A stretch of DNA of 27,299 nucleotides from Clostridia bacterium (GTDB lineage: Bacteria; Bacillota; Clostridia; HGM11514). Of this stretch, positions 1 through 9,889 are shown one piece after another. A program made the translations under genes and the position numbers. The stretch covers positions 1 through 27,299 of the forward strand of contig JAZNAU010000047.1 of assembly GCA_045586685.1 (NCBI GenBank), given 5' to 3'. How positions within the stretch are numbered: position 1 is the first letter of the stretch; each line of letters opens with the position of its first letter. Below the pieces are notes generated by a model. That model saw nothing but the letters and a program-made list of their open reading frames with translations. It did not search any database and was not told the DNA's origin.

Positions 1-2
1 TC

Positions 3-428
3 ATTCGGGTAGTGGGAAATATTGACGGACTTCCTGAGCGAATTCGGGAAAAAATAGGTCATGCGGAGGAAATCAGCAAAGACAATACGGGTCTTATTTT
101 AAATTTAGCAGTGAATTACGGCGGTCGGGAGGAAATTACCAACGCGGTCCGCGTTCTTTCTGAACAGGTGAAAAAGGGAGCTTTGCAACCCGAGGAAATT
201 ACAGAGGACAGCTTATCCCGCCTTATGTACACCGCTCATGTGCCTGACCCTGATGTGATTATCCGTCCCAGCGGTGAGTTAAGACTGAGTAACTTTATGC
301 TGTGGCAGGCGGCATATTCTGAATTTTGGTATTCCAATATCAACTGGCCTGATTTTTCACCAAAAGACATCGACCGAATGATTGCAGACTATCAGAAAAG
401 AGACCGTCGGTTCGGCGGTCGTAAATAA
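3..428 (+). CDS. uppS: undecaprenyl/isoprenyl diphosphate synthase, 5'-truncated by window edge
   Basis: LNLAVNYGGREEI, PDPDVIIRPSGELRLSNFMLWQ and RRFGG cis-prenyltransferase motifs; frame open to window start; precedes cdsA-dxr. Confidence 0.95.
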   Translation: MRVVGNIDGLPERIREKIGHAEEISKDNTGLILNLAVNYGGREEITNAVRVLSEQVKKGALQPEEITEDSLSRLMYTAHVPDPDVIIRPSGELRLSNFMLWQAAYSEFWYSNINWPDFSPKDIDRMIADYQKRDRRFGGRK

Positions 429-439
429 CGGAGGATGCT

Positions 440-1237
440 ATGAAAATAAGAATATTATCCGCTCTTGTGGCGTTAATCCTTTTATTTACTGTCCTTTTAT
501 GCGGAAATCTATGGGTATTAAAAATTGCGGTGGGAATCATTTCGGTTATGGGACTTTCTGAATTGTACCGCGCTTTTGGGTACGAAAAGCATAAAATTTT
601 GATGGGAGCAGGCTTTTTGGCAGGCTTTCTCATTCCCTTACTGCCTTCTATCATGGGGGTTGTAACGACATTGGTTCTTTATGGGTTTTTGGGAGCGACT
701 ATCATGCTGTCCCGTCCCGGTGCATTATCTTTTTCCGACTTGACCAACTGCCTGTTCTTTCAGGTTTATGTTCCCTGTGCTCTTGCCTGTCTGGTCTGGG
801 TACGGCAGTCGGAATTCGGTGTTTTCTCCATTTGGCTCATTTTGGGCGGTGCATGGCTTACCGACACCTTTGCTTATTTTACCGGCCGTGCCTTTGGGAA
901 ACGCAAGCTCTGTCCTCTTATCAGCCCTCACAAAACGGTGGCGGGTGCTGTGGGCGGTGTGATTGGAACGACCGCCTCTGCATTGATATACGGGTTGGCT
1001 CTTTCTAAGGTTTGTACCGTACAGCTTGTGCCTTTAACAGTTGCAGGGCTTTGTTTAGGACTGATTGCACAGGTAGGAGATTTGACTGCCTCTTGGATGA
1101 AGAGAGAACAAGGCATCAAGGATTTTGGAAATCTTATGCCCGGACACGGCGGAGTGATTGACCGATTTGACAGCATTTTATTTACCGCCCCCCTAACATG
1201 CCTGTTTTTGGCTCATTTTACTATTTTTACGAAATGA
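440..1237 (+). CDS. cdsA: phosphatidate cytidylyltransferase
   Basis: Hydrophobic; DTFAYFTG, ISPHKT, KREQGIKDFGNLMPGHGGVIDRFDS; GGAGG RBS. Confidence 0.95.
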   Translation: MKIRILSALVALILLFTVLLCGNLWVLKIAVGIISVMGLSELYRAFGYEKHKILMGAGFLAGFLIPLLPSIMGVVTTLVLYGFLGATIMLSRPGALSFSDLTNCLFFQVYVPCALACLVWVRQSEFGVFSIWLILGGAWLTDTFAYFTGRAFGKRKLCPLISPHKTVAGAVGGVIGTTASALIYGLALSKVCTVQLVPLTVAGLCLGLIAQVGDLTASWMKREQGIKDFGNLMPGHGGVIDRFDSILFTAPLTCLFLAHFTIFTK

Positions 1238-1247
1238 GGAAACATCA

Positions 1248-2402
1248 TTGGAACAAAAGAAAATTGCAATTTTAGGCTCCACCGGTTCTATCGGGACCCA
1301 AACGGTGGAAGTGGTTAACCAAATAGAAGAATTGTCCGTGTCTGTCCTTGCCGCCAACAAAAATGTAACATTGTTGGAACAGCAAATCCGACAGCTTCAT
1401 CCCGCCCTTTGTGCGGTTTTTGAGGAACAGGCATACCTTGACTTAAAAACACGGGTGGCAGATACCGATACCCGTGTGGTATGCGGAATGGAAGGATTGT
1501 TGGAGGCGGCGGTATTTCCTGATACAGATACGGTGGTCACCTCTATGATGGGAAGCGTGGGACTCTCTCCCACCATTGCCGCAATCCGAGAAGGGAAAAC
1601 CATTGCTCTTGCAAACAAGGAAACATTAGTGACCGCAGGACAGCTTGTCATGAAGGAAGCAGAACAACGCGGTGTATCCATTCTTCCGGTAGACAGCGAA
1701 CATTCTGCTATTTTTCAATGTCTAGAAGGAAATAAACCCTTTTTGGAAAAAATATTACTCACCGCATCCGGCGGACCCTTTTTTGGAAAAACAAGGGAAG
1801 AACTGTCCTCTGTGACAGCAGCAGATGCATTAAAGCATCCCAACTGGAACATGGGCAGTAAAATTACCATTGATTCTGCCACCTTGATGAATAAGGGGTT
1901 AGAGGTACTGGAAGCAAAGTGGCTGTTTGGTGTAGAATTGGAGCAGATAGAAGTGCTGGTGCATCGGCAAAGCATTATTCATTCTATGGTGCAGTTTACA
2001 GACAACTCCATTCTGGCTCAGCTTGGAACGGCAGATATGAAACTGCCTATTCAGTTGGCACTAACTTATCCAAATCGTCTTCCCTCTTCTGCCCAGGCGG
2101 TAGATTTTACCAAGTGGAATCAACTAACTTTTGATAAACCTGATACCCAAACATTTCGTTGTCTGTCCCTTGCCTTTGAGGCAGGAAAAAAGGGCGGTAC
2201 AATGCCCTGTGTAATGAACGGTGCAAACGAAATTGCGGTGGAAGCATTTTTAAAGGGGACGGTGTCCTTCCTTGAAATTCCTCAGCTGGTAGAGGCGGTT
2301 ATGAAACAACATACGATCATACCCTCTCCTTCTTTAGAGGATATTTATGAGGCGGATGCCTGGGCAAGGGAAACTGCCCGGAATTTTATGGTAGAAAGGT
2401 AA
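1248..2402 (+). CDS. dxr: 1-deoxy-D-xylulose-5-phosphate reductoisomerase
   Basis: LGSTGSIGTQT, LANKE, LPVDSEHSAIFQ, HPNWNMGSKITIDSATLMNKGLE; TTG start. Confidence 0.97.
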   Translation: MEQKKIAILGSTGSIGTQTVEVVNQIEELSVSVLAANKNVTLLEQQIRQLHPALCAVFEEQAYLDLKTRVADTDTRVVCGMEGLLEAAVFPDTDTVVTSMMGSVGLSPTIAAIREGKTIALANKETLVTAGQLVMKEAEQRGVSILPVDSEHSAIFQCLEGNKPFLEKILLTASGGPFFGKTREELSSVTAADALKHPNWNMGSKITIDSATLMNKGLEVLEAKWLFGVELEQIEVLVHRQSIIHSMVQFTDNSILAQLGTADMKLPIQLALTYPNRLPSSAQAVDFTKWNQLTFDKPDTQTFRCLSLAFEAGKKGGTMPCVMNGANEIAVEAFLKGTVSFLEIPQLVEAVMKQHTIIPSPSLEDIYEADAWARETARNFMVER

Positions 2403-2408
2403 CTCAAT

Positions 2409-3458
2409 ATGATTTTGACAATTATTGCAGCAATTTTGGTGTTCGGTGTGCTGATTGCCGTTCACGAAGCGGGACATTTGATGGCGGCAAAGGCGGTGGG
2501 CGTGACGGTTCATGAATTTGCCATCGGCATGGGACCAAAGCTGTTTTCCTTTACCAAGGACGGTACCCGATATTCTCTCCGATTGTTACCCATTGGCGGG
2601 TACTGCAGTATGGAGGGGGAAGATGAACAATCTGAAAACTTGGGTGCCCTTTGTAACAAAAGTGTGGGTGCACGGCTCCTTGTTATGGTGTCAGGTGCAC
2701 TGATGAATATTTTGCTGGGATTTATTTTATACATTATTTTGTGTGCCAACACGGGAAATCTGGTAACAACAAATACGATTGCAGAGGTTCTTCCCAACAC
2801 TGCCGCAGAGGAGGCAGGTTTTTTAACTGGAGATGAAATCGTTGCCATTAACGGAAATCGGGTGCACATTCCTGCCGATTTGCAATTTGAAATGATGAAA
2901 GCAAATTACGAGGAAATGGAGGTCACTCTAAAACGGGAGGGCAAAAAACTGACCAGAACAATTACTCCCCGATTAGAAACGGTTGAAGGTGTGGATAATG
3001 AGGGAAACCCTGTTACAGCCCAGCGGTATTTGTTCGGCTATCACATGAAACAGGAGAAAAACACATTCTTTACTGTATTAGAGCGTGCCTTTTTTAACTG
3101 TTTTTTGACGGTACGAATGGTGCTGTACTCCTTTATCAGCCTGTTTCAAGGGCAGGTAGCGTTGTCTGATATGTCGGGTCCTGTGGGAATTGTGAACGAA
3201 ATCGGAAAATCGGCACAGGCAGGAATTTTGAGCTTACTATCCTTAGCGGCTTTGATTGCGGTAAATTTAGGGGTATTTAATTTACTGCCCTTTCCCGCCT
3301 TGGACGGAGGAAGAGTGTTCTTCCTGTTCATTGAGCTGATTCGCAGAAAACCCATTCCTCCCGAAAAAGAGGGATTGGTTCACGCCATCGGTATGGGACT
3401 GCTTTTACTCCTAATGGCAGCAGTCACCTATCAGGATATTGTAAAACTTTTTTCATAA
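2409..3458 (+). CDS. rseP: RseP/RasP M50 site-2 intramembrane metalloprotease with PDZ domain
   Basis: HEAGH, FAIGMGP, GDEIVAING (PDZ), NLLPFPALDGG; conserved position after dxr. Confidence 0.93.
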   Translation: MILTIIAAILVFGVLIAVHEAGHLMAAKAVGVTVHEFAIGMGPKLFSFTKDGTRYSLRLLPIGGYCSMEGEDEQSENLGALCNKSVGARLLVMVSGALMNILLGFILYIILCANTGNLVTTNTIAEVLPNTAAEEAGFLTGDEIVAINGNRVHIPADLQFEMMKANYEEMEVTLKREGKKLTRTITPRLETVEGVDNEGNPVTAQRYLFGYHMKQEKNTFFTVLERAFFNCFLTVRMVLYSFISLFQGQVALSDMSGPVGIVNEIGKSAQAGILSLLSLAALIAVNLGVFNLLPFPALDGGRVFFLFIELIRRKPIPPEKEGLVHAIGMGLLLLLMAAVTYQDIVKLFS

Positions 3459-3473
3459 ACGGAGAGAAAACGT

Positions 3474-4511
3474 ATGACAAAGCAAGTAACAGTAGGAACC
3501 ATAAAATTGGGAGGCGGTGCCCCCGTCACCATTCAATCCATGACCAACACCAAAACAAAGGATATTACCGCAACCATAGCACAAATTCATGCCTTGGAAC
3601 AGGCTGGTTGCGAAATAGTCCGTCTGGCGGTTCCTGATATGGAATCGGCAGAATGTATTGATAAAATCAAGGAACAGACTACCGTTCCCTTGGTGGCAGA
3701 TATTCATTTTGATTATCGGCTTGCCCTCAAATGCATGGAACGGGGGATTGATAAGGTTCGAATCAATCCCGGAAACATTGGTGCCATGGAGCGGGTAAAA
3801 GCAGTAGCGGACATGGCAAAGAAAAAAAAGATTCCCATTCGCATCGGGGTAAACGGCGGATCCTTAGAGCCTGTATTGTTGGAAAAATACGGTCACCCCT
3901 GCCCCGAGGCAATGGTTGAGAGTGCATTGGGGCATATTAAATTGCTGGAGCAATGCGATTTTTCGGATATTGTGGTTTCTTTAAAATCATCTACTGTAGC
4001 CGATACAGTTGCCGCCTATCGGCTGATGAGTCAAAAATGCGAGTATCCCTTGCATTTAGGCGTTACCGAGGCGGGAACCTCTTATGGAGGCATCATCAAA
4101 TCCGCTATGGGAATCGGTGCTCTTTTACTGGACGGAATCGGAGATACCATTCGGGTATCCTTAACTGCCGACCCTGTGGAAGAAGTGCGGTGTGCCAAGG
4201 AGCTGTTAAAAGCAGCGGGATTACGAAAGACGGGGGTTACGGTTGTTTCCTGTCCCACCTGTGCAAGATGCAATGTCAACTTGATTCCTATTGCAGAACA
4301 GGTGACAAAAGCCTTGGAGCACTGTCAGAAAACCATAAAAGTGGCTGTGATGGGCTGTGCGGTGAACGGCCCTGGCGAAGCAAAAGAGGCTGATATCGGA
4401 CTGGCGGGCGGAAAGGGCTGTGTATTACTGTTTAAAAAAGGAGAAATTTTAAGAAAGGTACCGGAAGGAGAGGCAGTGAGTGCCTTACTGGCTGAAATAG
4501 AACAGTTGTAA
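3474..4511 (+). CDS. ispG: HMBPP synthase (4Fe-4S)
   Basis: QSMTNT, VADIHFDY, RINPGNIG, HLGVTEAG, CPTCAR...MGCAVNGPGE. Confidence 0.97.
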   Translation: MTKQVTVGTIKLGGGAPVTIQSMTNTKTKDITATIAQIHALEQAGCEIVRLAVPDMESAECIDKIKEQTTVPLVADIHFDYRLALKCMERGIDKVRINPGNIGAMERVKAVADMAKKKKIPIRIGVNGGSLEPVLLEKYGHPCPEAMVESALGHIKLLEQCDFSDIVVSLKSSTVADTVAAYRLMSQKCEYPLHLGVTEAGTSYGGIIKSAMGIGALLLDGIGDTIRVSLTADPVEEVRCAKELLKAAGLRKTGVTVVSCPTCARCNVNLIPIAEQVTKALEHCQKTIKVAVMGCAVNGPGEAKEADIGLAGGKGCVLLFKKGEILRKVPEGEAVSALLAEIEQL

Positions 4512-4547
4512 TTTTGTACATAGAAAGATACAAAACGGAGAAAACAC

Positions 4548-7500
4548 ATGAAAGAAATACTACATTGGTTTACGGGAATAGAGCTTCCTGCCCCTCTGGC
4601 AGAAGGAATCTTATTGCCGGAAAGTAAAATTGATTTAACAAATAGAATGATGGAGCTGGTTGTGGATTGTTCCCAACCGGTTGATTTTGCTGTCATCAAA
4701 CAATTAGAACAGGAGATTTCCCGCTTGCTGAACCTGAACGGAATGAAACTGACCGTTTCAGCACCAAACCCCACAGAAGAACCTCAGTGGGAGGCATATC
4801 TGAATGAGGCAGATGCTTTCCAACAAGCACCGGAACCTGTTTTGGATTCCCAAGACCAAATGGCAGAATTTGAACGGGAACAGGAAAATCGTCTTTCTGA
4901 ATATATTGCCAAAAGCTCCGCCTCTGTTTCGACAGGGAAAAAAACCGGTGACGTTATTTACGGAAAAGCATTTAAAGCAAAACCCATTCCTCTGATTGAG
5001 CTTGGGCAAGAATTTGGTCCTGTGATAGCAGAAGGAGAACTTTTTAAAATTGAAAAACACGAAACAAAACGGGGATGGCTGATTTACTCTTTTGCCATTA
5101 CCGATTTAACCTCCTCCATTATTTGTAAAATTATTTGCGAAAAAACCTTTGAAAAGTCCTTAGACAGTCATTTGGTAAAAGGGGAACGGATTGTTGTCAA
5201 GGGAAAGCTGGAAGACGATAAATATGAGCATGAAACAGTCATTCATGCAGAACATATTATGATTGGAGAAAAGAAAAGCAAAAAAGACGAGGCTCCCGAA
5301 AAGAGAGTGGAGCTTCATGTGCACACACAGATGAGTGCCATGGATGGACTTGCTCCCGCCAAGGATTTGGTGAACACTGCCATCAAATGGGGTCATAGCG
5401 CCATTGCCATTACCGACCACGGCGTGCTCCAAAGCTTCCCTCTTGCGTTTAAGGCGGCTAAGGACAGTGATATTAAAATTATTTACGGGGTCGAGGCTTA
5501 TATTGTCAATGACATTCCCCAAATTGTCTGGGGAGAAAAAGATGCCCCTTTGAATAGCACCTTTGTTGTGTTTGATTTGGAAACAACCGGTCTTTCTGTT
5601 TACAGCGATGACATTATTGAAATCGGTGCAGTGAAAGTACAAAACGGTCAGATTGTTGCCTCCTTCTCTGAACTTGTAAAACCCCACAAGCCCATCCCTG
5701 CAGAAGCAATCGAAATATCCAAAATTACAGATGATATGGTCGCACATTCTGAACCTATCACCCGTGTTTTGCCTCGTTTTATGGAGTTTGTAGGGGATAG
5801 TGTTTTGGTGGCGCACAATGCTACCTTTGATATGGGAGTGCTTCGGGAAGCGTGCCGTAAACAAAACATCCCGCTTCCCAATACCTCGTTGGACACACTG
5901 GAATTATCCCGTACACTGTTTCCTGAACTGAACCGACATCGATTAAATGTTGTGGCAAAGCATCTGGGCGTGTCTTTGGAAAATCACCACAGAGCAGCCG
6001 ACGATGCAGCGGCGGCGGCAGGGATACTGCTAAAATGCTTTGCTATGATTCAAAAAAAATATTCAGTTTCCGGCATTCAGGAATTAAATTGCGTTCTTGC
6101 CAACGATGCAGAGGTGCGAAAATTCAATGCTTATCACGCCATCATCTTAGTGCAAAATCTGACGGGGCTGAAAAATTTATACAAACTGGTTTCTGAATCT
6201 CACTTACATTATTTTTACAGAACACCCAGAATTCCAAAAAGCTTGTATTTACAGCATAAAGAGGGGTTGCTGATTGGTTCTGCCTGCGAAGCGGGAGAAC
6301 TGTATCAGGCAATTCTGTTTAACAAACCTCAAGAATATATTCAAAATCTCGCCGACTTTTATGATTACTACGAGGTTCAGCCTTTGGGGAACAACCAATT
6401 TATGGTCAGAAATCGTCTTGTAGCCGACGAAGAAGCGTTGAAATGGTTGAACCGCAAAATTTTACAGTTGGGAGAAGACAACAATAAATTGGTTGTGGCA
6501 ACGGGAGATGTTCACTTTTTAAATCCCGAGGATGCCATATTCCGTGAAGTGTTGATGACGGCACAGGGATTTGATGACGCCTGCCATCAAGCACCTTTGT
6601 ATTTTAGAACCACAGAGGAAATGCTGGCAGAATTTTCTTATTTGCCGGAAGAAAAGGCAAAGGAAATTGTCATTACCAACCCCAACAAAATTGCGGATAT
6701 GATAGAAAAAATCCGTCCTACTCCAAAAGAAACCTTTCCGCCTAAAATGGAACGGGCGGCTGAAGATTTGACCGAAATGTGCTACGAAAAAGCAAAGCGG
6801 ATTTATGGTGACCCTCTCCCCGAAATTGTTGCAACAAGAATGGAACGGGAGCTGACACCCATTGTCAATAACGGCTATGCGGTTATGTATATGATTGCCC
6901 AAAAACTGGTTGCCAAGTCCAATTCGGACGGATATCTGGTAGGGTCCAGAGGGTCAGTCGGGTCCTCTTTAGTTGCCTTTATGGCGGGGATTACCGAAGT
7001 AAATTCTCTGGTTCCTCACTATGTTTGCCCCGATTGTAAATATTCAGAATTTATCACGGACGGCTCTTACGGTTCAGGGTGTGATATGCCGGATAAGCCC
7101 TGTCCCAAATGCGGTGCGTCCGTCATGAAAAAAGACGGGCATGATATCCCATTTGAAACCTTTTTAGGCTTTAATGCGGACAAGGAACCTGATATTGACT
7201 TGAACTTTTCAGGGGACTACCAAGCTGTTGCCCATAAATATACAGAAGAATTGTTCGGGGAAGGTTTTGTATTCCGTGCAGGAACCATCGGTACGGTGGC
7301 AGAAAAAACCGCCTTTGGCTATGTGTTAAAATACATTGAAACAACAGGGAAAAATATAAACAATGCCGAAAAAGAACGGCTTGCACTGGGCTGTACGGGG
7401 GTAAAACGAACCACCGGTCAGCATCCCGGTGGAATCATTGTTGTCCCCAAGGATTCGGACATTCACAACTTCTGTCCCGTGCAACACCCTGCAGATGACC

Positions 7501-8609
7501 GCGAATCGGGCATCATCACCACCCATTTTGAATACCATTCCATTGACCAGAATCTGTTAAAGCTGGATATTTTGGGACACGACGACCCTACGGTTATCAG
7601 AATGTTGGAGGATTTGACCGGAATGGATGCTACCACCATTCAGTTAGATGACAAACAGACCATGAGCTTATTTACCGGAACAGATGCTTTGGGTGTTACC
7701 CCTGAAGAGATTGGCTCTTCTGTAGGAACCTACGGTGTTCCGGAATTCGGTACCAAGTTTGTCCGTCAGATGTTGGTGGATACCAAGCCCACCACCTTTG
7801 CAGAGCTGGTTCGGATTTCAGGACTTTCCCACGGAACAGACGTATGGGTGGGAAATGCTCAGGATTTGATTGTCAATGACGGTCTTACCCTGATGGATGT
7901 TATCTGTACCCGTGACGATATTATGGGCTTTCTCATTCGCAAAGGTCTTCCCAATCTGGATTCCTTTAAAATTATGGAAAGCGTCAGAAAAGGAAAAGGT
8001 CTGACGCAAGAACAGGAAAAACTCATGCGGGAAAACGGCGTTGAGGATTGGTATATTGATTCTTGTAAAAAAATTCAGTACATGTTCCCCAAGGCCCATG
8101 CGGCAGCTTATGTTACCATGGGATTCCGTGTAGCGTATTTTAAAGTCAATTATCCTGAGGAATATTACTCCACCTATTTTTCTATCCGTGCAGATAATTT
8201 TGATGCTGAATTTATGTGTAAGGGTCCTGAAGTGGCGAAAGCCAAAAAGCAAGAGCTGGAAGCTTTGCCAAAGCCTACCCAAAAGGAAAAGGAAATGATG
8301 ACTATTTTGGAGCTTTGCATTGAAATGTATGCCCGTGGCCTTTCCTTCCTGCCCATCAGCTTGGAAGAATCTGACAGTGTTCGTTTTAAACCCACGGGAG
8401 AAGGCAAAATCAGACCCTCTCTCAATGCCTTAAACGGCTTGGGTGATAATGCCGCAAAGGCCATTGTTTCTGCCCGTGAGGAAGAGCCCTTTTTCTCCAT
8501 TGAGGACTTACAGGTTCGGGCGAAGCTGAATAAAACTGTAATTGAAACGCTGCGAAATCAAGGTTGTCTTGACGGTATGGAGGAATCCAGCCAGATGAGC
8601 TTCTTTTAA
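4548..8609 (+). CDS. polC: PolC-type DNA polymerase III alpha subunit
   Basis: PHP ELHVHTQMS and AITDHG, inserted DEDDh exonuclease (FDLETTG, HNATFD, HRAADDA), Zn finger CPDC..CPKC, PDIDLNF, C-terminal QMSFF clamp-binding-like motif. Confidence 0.97.
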   Translation: MKEILHWFTGIELPAPLAEGILLPESKIDLTNRMMELVVDCSQPVDFAVIKQLEQEISRLLNLNGMKLTVSAPNPTEEPQWEAYLNEADAFQQAPEPVLDSQDQMAEFEREQENRLSEYIAKSSASVSTGKKTGDVIYGKAFKAKPIPLIELGQEFGPVIAEGELFKIEKHETKRGWLIYSFAITDLTSSIICKIICEKTFEKSLDSHLVKGERIVVKGKLEDDKYEHETVIHAEHIMIGEKKSKKDEAPEKRVELHVHTQMSAMDGLAPAKDLVNTAIKWGHSAIAITDHGVLQSFPLAFKAAKDSDIKIIYGVEAYIVNDIPQIVWGEKDAPLNSTFVVFDLETTGLSVYSDDIIEIGAVKVQNGQIVASFSELVKPHKPIPAEAIEISKITDDMVAHSEPITRVLPRFMEFVGDSVLVAHNATFDMGVLREACRKQNIPLPNTSLDTLELSRTLFPELNRHRLNVVAKHLGVSLENHHRAADDAAAAAGILLKCFAMIQKKYSVSGIQELNCVLANDAEVRKFNAYHAIILVQNLTGLKNLYKLVSESHLHYFYRTPRIPKSLYLQHKEGLLIGSACEAGELYQAILFNKPQEYIQNLADFYDYYEVQPLGNNQFMVRNRLVADEEALKWLNRKILQLGEDNNKLVVATGDVHFLNPEDAIFREVLMTAQGFDDACHQAPLYFRTTEEMLAEFSYLPEEKAKEIVITNPNKIADMIEKIRPTPKETFPPKMERAAEDLTEMCYEKAKRIYGDPLPEIVATRMERELTPIVNNGYAVMYMIAQKLVAKSNSDGYLVGSRGSVGSSLVAFMAGITEVNSLVPHYVCPDCKYSEFITDGSYGSGCDMPDKPCPKCGASVMKKDGHDIPFETFLGFNADKEPDIDLNFSGDYQAVAHKYTEELFGEGFVFRAGTIGTVAEKTAFGYVLKYIETTGKNINNAEKERLALGCTGVKRTTGQHPGGIIVVPKDSDIHNFCPVQHPADDRESGIITTHFEYHSIDQNLLKLDILGHDDPTVIRMLEDLTGMDATTIQLDDKQTMSLFTGTDALGVTPEEIGSSVGTYGVPEFGTKFVRQMLVDTKPTTFAELVRISGLSHGTDVWVGNAQDLIVNDGLTLMDVICTRDDIMGFLIRKGLPNLDSFKIMESVRKGKGLTQEQEKLMRENGVEDWYIDSCKKIQYMFPKAHAAAYVTMGFRVAYFKVNYPEEYYSTYFSIRADNFDAEFMCKGPEVAKAKKQELEALPKPTQKEKEMMTILELCIEMYARGLSFLPISLEESDSVRFKPTGEGKIRPSLNALNGLGDNAAKAIVSAREEEPFFSIEDLQVRAKLNKTVIETLRNQGCLDGMEESSQMSFF

Positions 8610-8620
8610 GGAGAACACCC

Positions 8621-9322
8621 ATGAAAATTTATGAAAAAGAAATTACGGTAACAGGATTTGAATGTGATTTTAAGGGGTGCATGAAATACAGTGCCCTTCT
8701 TCGACAGGCACAGCAAATCAGTCGGGAACACAGTGACCAAATGGGCATTACATTAGAGCTTCATGCCCAAACCCATACCGCCTTTCTGATTAACGATGTA
8801 AAGGCAACCCTGTATCACCAGCTTCATCCTTACGATACCATAACCATGAGAACTCAACCCTTTGCACCCCACAGAGCTTGTTTTTATCGTACAACTGAGC
8901 TTTGGAAGGGCGGCGAATTGCAAGGGGTGATTGACACCAACTGGATTTTAATTGATACTCTTGAAAATAAAATTTTGCGGGACTATGACCCTCGGCTTTC
9001 TGCTTTGTTTGATGCGGAGGAAAAATTGCCTCCCAAGCACAGAATCCAAGCATTGCCCGTTTCCCCGTCAGGTGCTTTTTTGGCATCTTACTCCATGATT
9101 GACCAGAATAAGCATTTGAACAATGCAGAGTATGCCGACCTGGTCTGCAACTGTACTCCTATGGAGAAGCCTGTTTCCTCCTTGCTGATTCGGTATCACA
9201 GAGAATGCAAATATCAGGAAGCACTTTCTTTGTTTGCAGGAGCAGAGGGGAATATATGGTATGTTGTGGGTCAAAAAAATGAAGGAAAAAAATGCTTTGA
9301 AGCAAATTTATGGTTTGCATAA
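8621..9322 (+). CDS. acyl-ACP thioesterase family (double hot-dog fold)
   Basis: N-terminal ECDFKG and C-terminal IDQNKHLNNAEY...YHREC motifs; AAGGAG RBS. Confidence 0.8.
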   Translation: MKIYEKEITVTGFECDFKGCMKYSALLRQAQQISREHSDQMGITLELHAQTHTAFLINDVKATLYHQLHPYDTITMRTQPFAPHRACFYRTTELWKGGELQGVIDTNWILIDTLENKILRDYDPRLSALFDAEEKLPPKHRIQALPVSPSGAFLASYSMIDQNKHLNNAEYADLVCNCTPMEKPVSSLLIRYHRECKYQEALSLFAGAEGNIWYVVGQKNEGKKCFEANLWFA

Positions 9323-9345
9323 AACAAAAATTTCACCTTATACTA
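9317..9345 (+). promoter_or_regulatory. candidate sigmaG-like forespore promoter for the 50-aa ORF
   Basis: GCATA (9317-9321)-17 nt-TATACTA (9339-9345), compared with B. subtilis sigmaG GHATA-N17/18-CATWHTA. Confidence 0.4.
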
Positions 9346-9362
9346 ACAGTGAGGTGAAAAAA

Positions 9363-9515
9363 ATGAAAAAAGTATTACGACCCGACCCCAAAACTCAATC
9401 TGTGATTGATGCTTACGTTTCCCCAAAAATGAAACGTTCTGACCCACAGGGAAGTTATACGGGAAAACCTGTGAACAAGAATGAAGTTCCTGTTCAGGAC
9501 GCAGATGATTTATAA
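9363..9515 (+). CDS. small 50-aa hypothetical protein ending DPQGSYTGKP...PVQDADDL
   Basis: GAGGTG RBS at 9351-9356 then ATG 9363, in frame with the 9234 ORF-track call; C-terminus resembles small uncharacterised clostridial proteins (from memory). Confidence 0.75.
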   Translation: MKKVLRPDPKTQSVIDAYVSPKMKRSDPQGSYTGKPVNKNEVPVQDADDL

Positions 9516-9517
9516 AC

Positions 9518-9848
9518 GAAAAGCCTATGCCCCGAACAGCGAAACTTAAGCTGCAAGTACAAGCGAAAAACCAAGAAAACGCGGGTTTTGTTTTCTGTTT
9601 TGAGCTTAACGGAGCTGCTTAAGTGAGCGGTCGAGAGGGGCTGGAGGCTAGACAGAGAAAAGCCTATGCCCCGAACAGGGAGAGTAAGCCGTGAGTACGC
9701 TTGGAAAATCAAGAAAATTGCTTTTTATTTTCTGTTTTCCGAGCTACGGAACTGCTTAGTCGACCGGTCGAGAGGGGCTGGAGGCTAGACAGAGAAAAGC
9801 CTATGCCCCGAACAGCGAAACAAAAATTGCAAGTACAAGCGAAAAACC
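9518..9848. repeat. tandem array of ~138-bp long-hairpin units (2 full, 1 truncated); REP/MITE-like
   Basis: GAAAAGCCTATGCCCCGAACAG at 9518, 9657, 9794 (spacing 139, 137); 51-bp identical block at 9628-9678 and 9765-9815. Confidence 0.9.
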
Positions 9849-9889
9849 CCCGCCCGAAAGATGACAAATTCGGGCGGGGTATTTTATTG
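9842..9889. terminator. bidirectional intrinsic terminator
   Basis: 11-bp stem CCCCGCCCGAA (9848-9858)/TTCGGGCGGGG (9869-9879) flanked by A5 and a T-rich tail, between convergent genes. Confidence 0.8.

Noticed and set aside
9518-9848. CRISPR array interpretation of the 138-bp repeats
   Set aside because: Intervening 86-88 nt segments are related to each other and self-complementary, lengths are atypical, and no cas genes are present
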